Part shown: one piece after another, positions 51,396 through 63,387 of the stretch | Numbering within the stretch: the first letter of the stretch is position 1 | Layout: the number at the start of each line of letters is the position of its first letter | DNA from: Eledone cirrhosa | Taxonomy: Eukaryota | NCBI GenBank assembly: GCA_964016885.1 | Contig: OZ024740.1 | Location: forward strand, 155,248,001-155,312,000 | Reading direction: 5' to 3' | Length of the DNA stretch: 64,000 nt | Notes under the pieces: model-generated | Database searches by the model: none | What the model saw: the letters and a program-made list of their open reading frames with translations, nothing else | Told to the model about the DNA's origin: nothing | Translations under genes and position numbers: made by a program

Positions 51396-52829
51396 CTTAT
51401 GTAAAAGACATTTACTTATGTAAATGTTATTTACTGACCTCCCCCAGCTGGCTTTGGTCAAGTAGACTTTATGATCAAAGACATTCAAAACATGACCTCC
51501 CCATCCTTTTTACAAGAATTATCTACCTCAAACTACATTATCTATGATTTTTCTTCTTTTTACGACAGTGGGATGTGATATGAGGGAGATTTGGCTGATA
51601 TTTTTGAATCCAGGAAAATAGTCACAGAAGCTACTGAATATAACATGATTTTTTTCTCTCATTTTTTCTCCCAGATACATGTAATGCTATAATATAAATT
51701 GTTATTTTGTACAAATCATATATTGTTTGCCAGTTAATAAGTGACTTAAAATAGTATTTGTTTAATTACTTTAATTATTATTATTATTTAATCGTAAACA
51801 AATCTATTTCAAATAACAACACTACAGATATTTAAAAACGGAAAATGAAGGGAAGGGCAAGGGCTCTAGTCACAGAAAGATGGGAAGGGGAAGAGGAATG
51901 ATGATGGCTTCTGAGCCTAGGGCAGAGTGATGTTGGGGCTGTGCCCCTCGGGCAAGACCACATTTATGGTATTTAAGTGAAATTTGTGATTTTTGTTTGT
52001 GATTTTTTCCTAACCAAAACTGACATTTCCCTCTGAGACTTTATTACTGTTCAGTGATATTTTTAGCAAGTGAAATGACCTCACAGAGTCCCTTGTTGGC
52101 TCATAAAACCATTTTGTTCAATGACATAGTGCAAGAAAGAGGTGCAGAACCCATAAATTTGTAGGTCTTCTGAAACAAATGAACTCAAACTTGATTTATA
52201 TCATTTTTTTATCATTCTCTGATAGCAAAAATCTAGTTTGTTTCACACTGTGAAGGTGTTTCAAATTTAGCACTACTGTCTTAAGCATTGAAGCTGTAAA
52301 GATGTCAATAATAGACAGCTGATGACAGGGCAGGTTTTTATTTCTATTCATCATTCCATCCTTTCTGCCTTTTTTCAGCTTCTATGTACATTTTCTTAAA
52401 AATTCTGTTTGTTGCTAGAATCTCTGTACATTAAAAAAGAACTCTGTTACTTTCGAAAACATTATGCAATTTCTGTTCTCTCCTTATGTTCATTGTGTGT
52501 GTGTGTGTGTGTGTGTTGTTTTTACATCCACTTTCCTATGCTGGAACTTGCTGAGGCTATGTTTTATGGCTGGATGCCCTTCCTAACACCAACTCTTATA
52601 ACAGGAATAATAGAACAAAGAAGAAACAGAGAGGAGCAAGAATAGTCATTGAAGTCATAGAATGTGTGATGAATGAGCTTTGATGGTTATATAACCATCT
52701 GGTTACTAAATCAACCAAGAAATGGGTTAGTTACCCCAATAATATAACAGAAGTGAAACTAAAGTTGTACGTATGTTTTTCATTGGCAGCATAACCCTCC
52801 CAAAGTATAACACAATATATATATACATA

Positions 52830-54512
52830 CAGGTAAAATTCTGTTATAACGAATACCATTATAACAAATGTTTCAGTATAACAAAATTATTTTCAATCCC
52901 TAGCCACAAGCTTATTAAAACAGTGACAAAAGAATTTTGTTATAATGAAATTCATCACGAATATTTCAGTACAATGAACGGAAACTGAACTCCAAGCAGC
53001 CAAAATTCCTCACTATAACAACAACAAAAAAAACAATTTGGACACACTCATTCTCGCAGAATTGTCAACTAACCAAAATACTTGAACCCAAAATTGCTGC
53101 TTCAAATTCCCCACATGGTATTTTTTAGCTCAATCCAAAATTACTAATTTTTTTTCAGAACTGAATTGTTCATATGATTCTTCAACTGATTATTCTTACA
53201 TACCAATGCATGGATAAAAGTATCTTTCCGATTTGTAGATCTTTGTTATTACTCATCATTTAAATTCCTTAATATTCCAAATTTCAAATGAAAGAAGATT
53301 ATTCAAAAGAACATATCTGAAACACATACACACCTTTATATATATATATATGGGGGCACATGGCTTAGTGGTTAGAGCATTGGCCTTGCAATCGAAAGGT
53401 TGTGAGTTCAATTCTCAGACCGGGTGATGTGTTGTTTCCTGGAGCAAGACACTTTATTTCACATTGCTCCAGTTTATTCAGCTGTAGAAATGAGATGATA
53501 GGGACTGGGGTCCCTATCATTCTACTGCAAAGTGAACGTGTAGGCGCCAAGGCAAAAAAGCACCCAGCACTCACTGTAAATGAGGGTAGTGTTAGGAAGG
53601 GCATCCAGCTGTAGAAATCAAGCCAGAATCAGTTTCCGTCCCACCCTTGCAAGCAGGGAAAAGCGGACGTAAAATGATGATGATATCATCATCATCATCA
53701 ACGTTTAACGTCCGTGTTCCACGCTTGCATGGGTTTGGACGGGGGTATTCCCACTTGAGGCAAGAGTGATTGTCTTGCTCGCATAGGACTGTCTGGCAGG
53801 TTTTCTACAGTTGGATGCCCTTCCTAACACCAACCACATTTACAGTGTGGGTCTGGAAGGTTTTTACCGTGTTGCCTACACGGCCACATTACAGCGTGGA
53901 CAGTGTGTTTTTTTGTCGTGACACGATCTCATTTGTTTCGGCCTGGATGGTGTGGCACCAACATAACTTTACATAGGAGGGGGTGGTGTGGATGGGGTGG
54001 GGGTGGTGGGATGGGGGTGTATTTTGTTAGAGATGCCTACTGGCTGTAGTAGGTTTTACTATGTATTTAGGTAAGGCGGGTCTTCTCTATTACTGAGTAC
54101 CGCCAAAGGTCTCGGTCCAGTGACATTGTCTTGGAGAGGTGTATATATATATATATATATATATTTATATCATCATCATCATCATCAAAAAAAAAATATA
54201 TATATATATAAAATTATTATTATAACATAAAATACATAACTAAAAAATGATTTTAAGTTTTTGATGGTTTTTTATGCAAGTTTATAATATGACAGAAAAC
54301 AAACTAAGGAAACATATGTGAAATACATATTTAAATTTTATTTCATGATACAATCTTATTACAGGTATTGTTTCATTCATTTATTGTTTGATTTTTAAAT
54401 AAATAACAAACAAACACTCGATTTGTTTCAGTCAATCTTGTTATAAAGAACTTTTCGTTACAACAAATTTTTTTTAATACCCCATGAATTTCGTTATAAC
54501 GGAATTTCACTG
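52830..54512. mobile_element. pogo/Tigger-like non-autonomous DNA transposon with nested CORE-SINE and RTE-B fragment
   Basis: TIRs CAGGTAAAATTCTGTTATAACGAA / TTCGTTATAACGGAATTTCACTG, TA flanks. Confidence 0.75.
53685..54142 (-). mobile_element. RTE family B 3' end, tail-to-tail with CORE-SINE
   Basis: Reverse complement of 12567-13040. Confidence 0.93.
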
Positions 54513-54560
54513 TATATATATTGGCAGCATAGCCCTCCCAAAGTATAACACAATATATAT

Positions 54561-54603
<43 letters not shown>

Positions 54604-56257
54604 AATGATACATAAAATAGGTGCAGGCATGGCTGTGTGATTATGAAGTTCACTTTACAACCACGTGGTTGTACATTGGGTTCTCTTCCACTATGTGGCA
54701 TCCTAGATAACTGTCTTCTACTATAGCCTTGTATATATGTGTATGTATGTGTGCATGTCAGTCACTATAAACATCATATCAATGCAATTTATTAAGCTTT
54801 GTAACAACAGTTGTTTATGTCCCCCATAAACAATATGATCCCATCACCACTACCACCGCCACCTACAACAACAACAACAACAAAATATGCACCAACACAA
54901 ACACAAACAAAACACATGACCTTATAGTGACTCCCCCAAAAAACTCTCATTTCTTTTTAATTCTTGTCAATTCTTTAGAATACTATTGACCACCTTGCTT
55001 TCAAATACCCTGACATTTTCCTTAGTGAGATATACATATCTCTTCCACCACACACCCCTTCATTTTGGCCACCAGCTACCACTAACCACCACACATAACC
55101 ACATCTCATTTCTTAACTCAATTTCTGAAACCCAACTACCCAAACTTCACAGAATACAGGCTCTGGATCTCTCATTTGGCATATATACACACACACATAC
55201 CGATAGACAGTCACACAAGCTTATACACACATACAACTCAAACACACACTCATACATGAATACATACACATATACACACATGCATGTATATACATATAAA
55301 CACACACAAAAAAAACACACATATACACACTCCCATTGATGATACACAACATATACACACAGAAATGAAAAATAAAACCAATGATATGCACATACATAAC
55401 AGTACCAATGATAGATTTTGACCCTCCCTCCGCCTCCACCTATGCTAAATTACTTTCCTGCATACCTCAACCATCATCATAAAGCTCTTCTTTTTTCCCC
55501 TCAGTCTTCCAGCCTCTTTACCATGCTCTTTTTTAATGAAGTAGTAACGTCCAATACATTGAAACATTTATTTTCCTTTTCCAGCAAGCATAAAATTAAT
55601 AAGACTTTGTGATATTGTATCTGTTTTCATTTTATTTATCTTGAACCCTAACACAACCAAAATGTAATTAATAAACAGCGACCAGGAAGATAATTTCTGA
55701 TTTTTCTAAAGCACCCTTGATAATGGATGATAAATCAGAAAAATCTGGGGAGTAATAAATTACTAAGGTAAACATTTAGTCATTCTTTTTCTTTTATTTT
55801 CCTCTTTCTCCCACTTTTTGCCTTCTACCTCATCTCTACCCACTTTCACTTTCATATTCTTCAATGCTTTTAGAAGAGGTTCTGAAAGTGGCGCGCTATC
55901 ACCCAGGGAGGTGGTGATAGTGGTAGGTGGGGGAGGGGGGTAGAGGTGCTATAATAGTATATAAAATACTAAATGATACACATTGGCAGTATCGGTAGAG
56001 GGTCGGACGCCATGCTTTGACGCATAGAGTTATGGCCCTTGCCATTCTGAGTTCAAATCCCGCCGAGGTTAACTTTGCCTTTCATCCTTACGGGGTCGAT
56101 AAAATAAAGTACCAGTAATGTACTGGGTAATTGCTGGCCTTGTGCCAATAGTAGAAACAATTATATATAAATACAGTAAATTATAAAATATATAATATCT
56201 ATTTATATATACATAGTATATTATTTATTATATATAAATTAATGATTTTATTTATTA

Positions 56258-56884
56258 CTAGCAGTGGTACCCGGCGTTGCACGGGATAAGGTATTTTGGA
56301 ACGCGGGCCGCCAACAGACCTAATCGTGGAAAAACTGCATGTCTGGACAATATGTAAAGAAAATAAACTGAATACTTATGGCTGGATAATCTTTAAGATT
56401 TTCCTCGATGAAGCAGGAAAAATGCAGTATTTCACCTAATGCGGGCCCTAGGGGATCAAGAAAATGAATTTTTCTTATGTACATAATATGCCTCAAAATT
56501 TCGGGAAAATCGGCTAGACGTAACGCTTCAAAAGATCCCTAAAAAGCTGAAAAAATGAAGTTTTTCACCTAATGCAGGCCCTAACCCATAAAAAAGTTGG
56601 ATTTTCTTTGCTCACGGTATGAAGACGAGACTGACTAATACATAGCTACAATTTCAAGGAAATTGGTCTGATGTAACACCTAAAAAAACCCCTTAAAAAG
56701 CTGGAAAAAAAATTCACCTAATGCGGGCCCTAGGGGATCAAAAAGTTGAATTGTGCATAACACTCCCTGAAACATAAGTAATACACATGTAAAGTTTGAA
56801 AAAAATCGGTTGGGTACTTCTCGAGTTTTAGGGATTAAAACTCACACACACACAGACAGACATCCCCAGTTTTATATATATAGA
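56258..56884 (-). mobile_element. Non-autonomous Helitron inside the hAT-like MITE
   Basis: 5' TCTATATATATAAAA, 3' hairpin CCCGTGCAACGCCGGG plus CTAG, three internal ~140-bp repeats. Confidence 0.8.
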
Positions 56885-57673
56885 TATATTATTTACAATT
56901 AGCATGTAGGCAGGTCTCTCTGGAAATAGGTGTGGGGGACACTGAGGGTATTACATGGCTGTAAGGGGGGGGGGGGGGGGCAAAAGGTTTGAGATCCTCT
57001 GCTTTAAAGCAAACTACTACACCTTATATATATATCATCATTTTATGTTAGATTTTCCATGCTTGCATAGGATTAATAAAACTTCAACTAATTGCAAGCC
57101 TTCACATCTGTGAGGTTCAGCATCTTGAGATCACCTCTCAGAACTTCTGTTCAGGTCTTTCTTGGCATATCATCATCCGCACACATCACATGCCTATACC
57201 GGTGCAGTCCCACCCACAATATGTATATATATATATATATAATATGTATTTTATCTTTTAACTTTAATTTTATACCTAATTGTGTATGGTTGATGATATG
57301 TTTAATCGATTTCCACGTGCTATTGAAATGGTGGGTAAATATTCTATAGCTGTTGATCGCGAAGATGGCTGTTGTTTATTTATCTATTATTTCTTCATAG
57401 GTGCCTTTTAATCTTATAGTCTGGTTTAATTGGTTTTTTGTGTGGTTGATTATGCTAATTGGGAGAGGAAATGGTGTATATATCTTATCAAATGATTCTA
57501 TGTACATAATTTATAGTATATATATCATCAACATCATCATCATATATATATATATATATGGCAACCCATCTAACCCATGCTAGTGTCGAAAATGAACATT
57601 AAATGATGATGATGATATATATATAGATACATATATATATATATATACATACACACACACATATATATATATA

Positions 57674-58080
57674 TATATTAATAAAAGGAATTCAAACTTT
57701 GTCTGATTTATTCATTTTATTTATAATCCTTTAAAATTATAATGGTATTAGAATGAAATAGTATGGTAGAATATTAAATGTTAAGTGTTAATTGAACAAG
57801 TATTTTCATGCTTTCACAATCTTCAGGTTCATATTCTGTGGTGACAGTCAAGTTTGCAATTTTCGCAAACTTGACTGTCACCACAGAATATGAACCTGAA
57901 GATTGTGAAAGCATGAAAATACTTGTTCAATTAACACTTAACATTTAATATTCTACCATACTATTTCATTCTAATACCATTATAATTTTAAAGGATTGTA
58001 AATAAAACGAGTAAATCAGACAAAGTTGGAATTCCTTTTATTAATATAACCTTCTATACACAATCATACACACCCATGTA
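57674..58080. mobile_element. Foldback PLE pLTR remnant, ~183-bp arms, 7-nt loop
   Basis: Near-perfect palindrome centred at 57858-57864, with a hammerhead-like motif in each arm. Confidence 0.82.
57891..57929 (+). ncRNA. Minimal hammerhead-like motif (mirror copy on minus at about 57793-57831)
   Basis: TGAAC-CTGAAGA-TTGTGAAAGCAT-GAAA-ATACTT-GTTCA. Stems II and III are imperfect. Confidence 0.5.
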
Positions 58081-58323
58081 TATTTATTTATATATATATA
58101 TATATAAAGGAATGATCGACTTTCGTCAAATCGGACCGAGGGAACAATGTTTCCGTTGGTCTTTCCAATTGCTAATACTATCTATCGGTCGCAACTCCAG
58201 GTAGAAGGAGCAACGTGAAATAAAGTGTCTTGCTCAAGGACATAACGCATCGCCTGGTTCAGGAATCGAACTCACAACCTTACGATTGCGAATCCAATTC
58301 TCTAACCACTCAGCCACACGCCT

Positions 58324-58355
<32 letters not shown>

Positions 58356-58358
<3 letters not shown>

Positions 58359-59587
58359 GGTGCGGACGATATTTGTTCGCAATTTTCAACTGCTAATTTT
58401 ATGCAAATTTTTTTTTACTTCCATTGTCACTCTTGTCTTCATAAAAACAGTGACTATATTTCCATTATTTATTTTCAGAATAATTGATTATGAATAATTT
58501 TGAACCTCCAAATTTGTGGAAGAGACATTTGTCCTCCGCGCCGGGAGGACAAATAAGGAAATTTTAGACTTTCTCAGCGTCAGCAGGAAAATGGTGGAAA
58601 AGGTCAGAAAAGAATTAGAAGATTCTGGATTCGACTACGAAGCAACATCAAAGAGGAAAACACATGATCGACGATCTGACACCTTCAGGATGTCCGAATT
58701 CGTCGCTGAAGTTCAGGATATCATCAACAATGAACCTAGCAAGTTGATGCATGCCATTACAAGGGAGAAAGGCGTGGATGAAAAGCTCATTAGGCTGGTG
58801 GTACATGAAGACATTCGCTACGTTTCATACAAGATGAGGAAAGGACAATTTCTGTCAAAGGCGATGCAAGAAAAGCGACTGAAGCACGCAAAGAAGCTGA
58901 TCAACAAGTTGAAACACCCACTGGAGCCAGACATGCTGTGGTTTTTCTCCGACGAGAAAAACTTCTGCCAAGACCAGAAGATCAACTCCCAGAACAACAG
59001 GTGGCTCGCAGTCTCATCCAAAGACGTGCCCAGAGTCATGCAGACATAGTTTCCAGCGACAACATTGGTCTTAGGTGTCGTCAGCAGTCAAGGTGACATC
59101 ATGCCACCTCACTTCTTCCCTGAGGGCCTCAAGCTGAACACCGATGGCTACATCCGTGTGGCAGCATGACTCAGTGTCCTGCCATACCAGCCGAAAGACC
59201 CAAGCCTGGCTGTCAGAGAAGTTCGTCGACCACACTTCACCTGAAATCTGGCCTCACAGCTCGCCTGACTGCAATCCCCTCGACTTCTTTGTGTGGGGCG
59301 CAGTGGAACGAGACACCAACAGATCTAGCTGCAATACGAAAGACGATCTGAAGGCCAGAATCACAAGTGCCTTTAGGGGCCTAAGTCGGGGGACAGTGAC
59401 GAAGGCCTGTAGCCAGTTCCAAAGCCACCTTGAGGCCGTCATCAAAGCGGGTTTATCGAGTGAGATCGAAAGAACAAGTCATGAAGACAAACTGACCCAA
59501 GTTTGATAAATAAATCTTAAAAAATAAAACTACTGTGTTATTTTTTCCTAGATAGTAATCTTGCAAACAAATATCGTTCGCAACCTG
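58356..59587 (+). mobile_element. Tc1/mariner DD37D (maT-type) transposon, defective
   Basis: TIRs CAGGGTGCGGACGATATTTGTTCGCAA / TTGCAAACAAATATCGTTCGCAACCTG in (TA)n. WFFSDEK; QHD followed by 37 residues, ending NPL, then D. Stop at 59047 and an internal deletion. Confidence 0.93.
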
Positions 59588-59601
59588 TATATATATATAT
59601 A

Positions 59602-60241
59602 TGAGAGTATTGAAGTTTGCTTGAAGCATTGTGGAACAATAAGTAAATATCTTTAAGTCGTTTGGAAGCCTCGACAATGCAAATGGGTAAATCTCCAGGT
59701 AACAAGGTCCGGTGGTGGAGAGAGAGATGTAAGTGGGTGTACGTTGAGATGCGTGGTGTGTATAAGATGTGTGAGATGTGTAGAATGAAGGGAAGAGTAT
59801 AAAGGATAAAATAAAAATAACAACACAAGAGAGAGTTACCTTGGGAGAGATTTAATAGTCCCTATATATTTCGGATTCACATCCATCAACTGGGGTTTTT
59901 TTCCGGGGTGGGGGAAAAGGTATTCAAAACAACAAACAGCGAAGGACGCGTTCCGCACTTGTCCGACAGACAACCTTTTCCCCCACCCCGGAAAAAAACC
60001 CCAGTTGATGGATGTGAATCCGAAATATATAGGGACTATTAAATCTCTCCCAAGGTAACTCTCTCTTGTGTTGTTATTTTAATTTTATCCTTTATACTCT
60101 TCCCTTCATTCTACACATCTCACACATCTTATACACATCACGCATCTCAACGTACACCCACTTACATCTCTCTCTCCACCACCGGATCTTGTTACCCGGA
60201 GATTTACCCATTTGCATTGTCGAGGCTTCCAAACGACTTAA

Positions 60242-60247
<6 letters not shown>
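59602..60247. mobile_element. Foldback PLE pLTR remnant, ~275-bp arms (59647-59921 / 59973-60247)
   Basis: Near-perfect inverted arms. The loop TATTCAAAACAACAAACAGCGAAGGACGCGTTCCGCAC matches the PLE end at 35806-35843. Confidence 0.88.
59999..60034 (+). ncRNA. Non-canonical minimal hammerhead-like motif (mirror copy on minus at about 59860-59895)
   Basis: CCC-CAGTTGAT-GGAT(GTGA)ATCC-GAAA-TATATA-GGG. Confidence 0.55.
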
Positions 60248-60308
<61 letters not shown>

Positions 60309-60412
60309 CATATATATATAATAGTTAAAACAGAAAACAAAAAAACAAGAACGAAGGGAAGAGGCAGTACAAAATGTTAATATTAGGTTCATGCTTGAGA
60401 GTGGGGTTGGGG

Positions 60413-60448
60413 GACGACGTTTCGGGCATAAGCCCTTCATCAGGAGAA
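60413..60448 (-). ncRNA. Hammerhead core in a PLE-like fragment (about 60320-60790)
   Basis: CTGATGA-AGGGCTTATGCCC-GAAA-CGTC. Stem I does not pair in this copy. Confidence 0.5.
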
Positions 60449-60823
60449 AAGTGGGCAGGAAAAGAGTTCCGAGGGTGTGAGGGGGAGTGGTGGAAAGACA
60501 TTTAAGTAGAAAGACATTAAAAGGGAGGAAATCAATTTTTTAGAGGGTAAAAAAAATTAAAATGAAACAAGTGGTGAAGGGGTGTGAGGTGTGTAGGGGT
60601 GGTGGTGGGTGGATGGAGGGGCAGAAGGGAGAGGGAGACAGGGGGTCTGAACAGGGAGGGCGGAAGGTAGTGTGTGTAGGTGTATATGGGTGTGTGTGCG
60701 CGTGTGGATGGAGAGGGGGGGGTGGAGTCCGGAGGCTGAGTGTGTGTATGTGAGGATACGTGTGTGTGTGTGTGTTTTTGTGTGGTGTGGATGAGAATGA
60801 TTAAATTTATATTTATAACCCAT

Positions 60824-60863
<40 letters not shown>

Positions 60864-60900
60864 ACTGTTGTGTAACCACTTATATATATATATATATATA

Positions 60901-61683
60901 AGTGGTTACACAACAGTTAGTTCACCATACCGAGAACAATTGTTCCACCTTAGCGGTTCCTCAGATCATAATGGACATGGTTATACGGAACAGGAAGGAC
61001 AACCGTACGAACGCGCATGCGCAGAAACCGTCATTTCACACAGGTGATACTAGAAAGCGTGCGAGAGGTGTAAGGGAGATAACTGCGAAAGTCCGAAAAG
61101 TTTCTAGTTGATGATAAAATTAGGATGTTGTTGTGATTCAATCCGGAGCTTTGTAGCCACGTACGGTCCCTCAAGGACTCAAGTATACACTACTCCATTC
61201 AATGGAAAGCCATCACTAAGTCCAAGCCATACGCAAGGGAAAATCCGTTGTGTGGACTATGTATTGATGAACGAATAAATATTCTAAAGAGATTATGCAA
61301 TAGTGATTGCCTAAACATGAGAAATGAATTCTTCACACATTGTCCACACGTCTCGATACACCTCTTACATAACTACAAAGCTTCAGATTGAATCACAACA
61401 ACATCCTAATTTTCTTATCAACTAGAAACTTTTCGGACTTTCGCACCCTCTCACACACTTTTTAGTATTGCCTGTGTGAAATGACGGTTTCTGCGCATGC
61501 ACGCTCGTACGGTTGTCCTTCCTGTTCTGTATAACCATGTCCATTACGAGCTGAGGATCCGCTAAGGTGAAACAATTGTTCTCGGTATGGTGAACTAACT
61601 GTCGTATAACCACTTCTACCTAACTCGTCACATGGACTGAGTGCTCTACCACTACGGATATTTCCTTCCAGTGTTCTACCACT
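60901..61683 (+). mobile_element. 5'-truncated Hydra-clade-like PLE with ~250-bp inverted pLTR
   Basis: Arms 60901-61156 / 61373-61614. Spacer frame 61158-61391 reads SLKDSSIHYSIQWK..KPY..CGLCIDER..LNMRNEFFTHCPH (GIY-YIG C-terminus with CxxC..CxH). Confidence 0.85.
61547..61584 (+). ncRNA. Minimal type I hammerhead ribozyme
   Basis: CGAG-CTGAGGA-TCCGCTAAGGT-GAAA-CAATTG-TT-CTCG. Palindromic stem III (AACAATTGTT) as in PLE minimal hammerheads. Confidence 0.78.
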
Positions 61684-61779
61684 ATATATATATATATATA
61701 TAAACAATTATAGGATATTATCATTTATCTGAACTTGAATTATTTGTGAGAAAGTAATTAATGGTTGCTGCTCCTGCTG

Positions 61780-61824
<45 letters not shown>

Positions 61825-62002
61825 TGATGACTGCTCTAGTTGCAGGTGTTGTCTTATTGCTCAAATTACAATCCACTCTGAAACAAGTGACCTCTGTTGA
61901 CCAGTGAAATAAAAACTATTGAATACTTCCTAAGCAGGTCAGGTCATTGCAGTTTAAAAATATAAAGGGGGTGATGAATTATATTATCTTTGCATAAAAT
62001 AA

Positions 62003-62189
62003 TTGTTTCTACTATTGGCACAAGGCCAGAAATTACCCAGTACATTACTGGTACTTTATTTTATCGACCCCGTAAGGATGAAAGGCAAAGTTAACCTCGG
62101 CGGGATTTGAACTCAGAATAGCAAGGGCCGTAACTCTATGCATCAAAGCATGGCGTCCGACTCTCTACCGATACTGCCAATCCACCGCC
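62003..62189 (-). mobile_element. Young Meta-type SINE with 18-bp TSD
   Basis: ATCTTTGCATAAAATAAT on both sides. The copy at 45750-45942 has TSD TAGTAAGATAAT. Confidence 0.9.
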
Positions 62190-63281
62190 ATCTTTGCATA
62201 AAATAATACTATTTAATTGAAATGAAGAAAAAAAAGGGAATTAAGAAATGAAAGAAATAGAGAGGGAGGGATTCAATAACTCAATCTGAATGGTGTGACA
62301 AACAGAGTAGCAAAGGCATTGCTACAAAGAATGACCAGTGACACCTGCTGCAATAGCCGCCCCACCCCACGAGGTTCCTTCTTGAGGTGGGATTGCAGAG
62401 GAAATTAGCAGTGCAAGGACATCAGAGCTCTCTACTGGTGACTGGTGTGAAAAGGAAGTAATTGGTCAAGCCCTAGTTTTTGTTTCTCTTCCCTGTTTGC
62501 ATTGCAGGTGCTGAGCTTTGAGGACAGAAGCAGCGAAGTTGGAGGCAGAGAAGGAATCAACATGTTGCATCCCAGATTAGAGATATACCTCCTCAAATGG
62601 GAAGTGGGTTCTTCTGACAGGGGGGAAGAGAAGTTGCCAGCAGGACAGGAGGCGGGGTTATGAAGAACAGAACAGGGGTAGGGCTATAAATTATAGTTGA
62701 CCTCCAGCCTGATGGGTAGAGTTATGGGGGGGGGGAGGGGATTTTACACTCTTTAAGTCATTATTTCCTTCTTTCTTTTCTCTTCTCTTCATAGGTAGTA
62801 GGGTAGTTGCTTACTGTCAACATGCTCTGTGTGAGTGGTGTAAAAGGTGTGTTTATATTTGAGAGAGAGAGAGAGAGGGGGGGAGGGAGGGAGAGAGAGA
62901 GAGCGACCAGTTGAGTTATGGGGATAAGATGAAAGAGTGAGGCTATAGGAGAAAGAAGGTGGTCAAAATAGGTTGTAGGGATAAAGCACTGCATGTGTGC
63001 GTGTGTGTATGTGTGCATGTCTTTGTGTGTGTATCATAAGAATGATCAATAAAAAAAACCCACAGCTTCCCATTTTTTTATGGTCAGTTGAGGTCTTTTG
63101 AGACAAGAAAATTCAACATGGATAAGGTGGGACTTACATCAAATTATTATACATAAATTGATGAATAAAAAATCCTGTCTGGCATTCTGAAGTAGATGTG
63201 ACATGATTGTAGGGTGACATATATGATTATTATACATAAACATACTGTATATGCCATCAAATACACCCCAACTCTCTCTCT

Positions 63282-63309
<28 letters not shown>

Positions 63310-63312
<3 letters not shown>

Positions 63313-63387
63313 GGTGTCCTTCCAAAATGTATACATACTTCAACAGCATTCTAATCAAAGTGTGTATATATTTTTTTACCCATCCTG
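63310..63387. mobile_element. Tiny Tc1/mariner-type MITE remnant
   Basis: TA-CAGGGTG...CATCCTG-TA with imperfect ~30-bp inverted ends. Confidence 0.5.

Noticed and set aside
62480-62700. Strong plus-strand acceptor followed by an open frame
   Set aside because: The region is the antisense of a CRE-like remnant (LIWDATC) homologous to 43305-43375.
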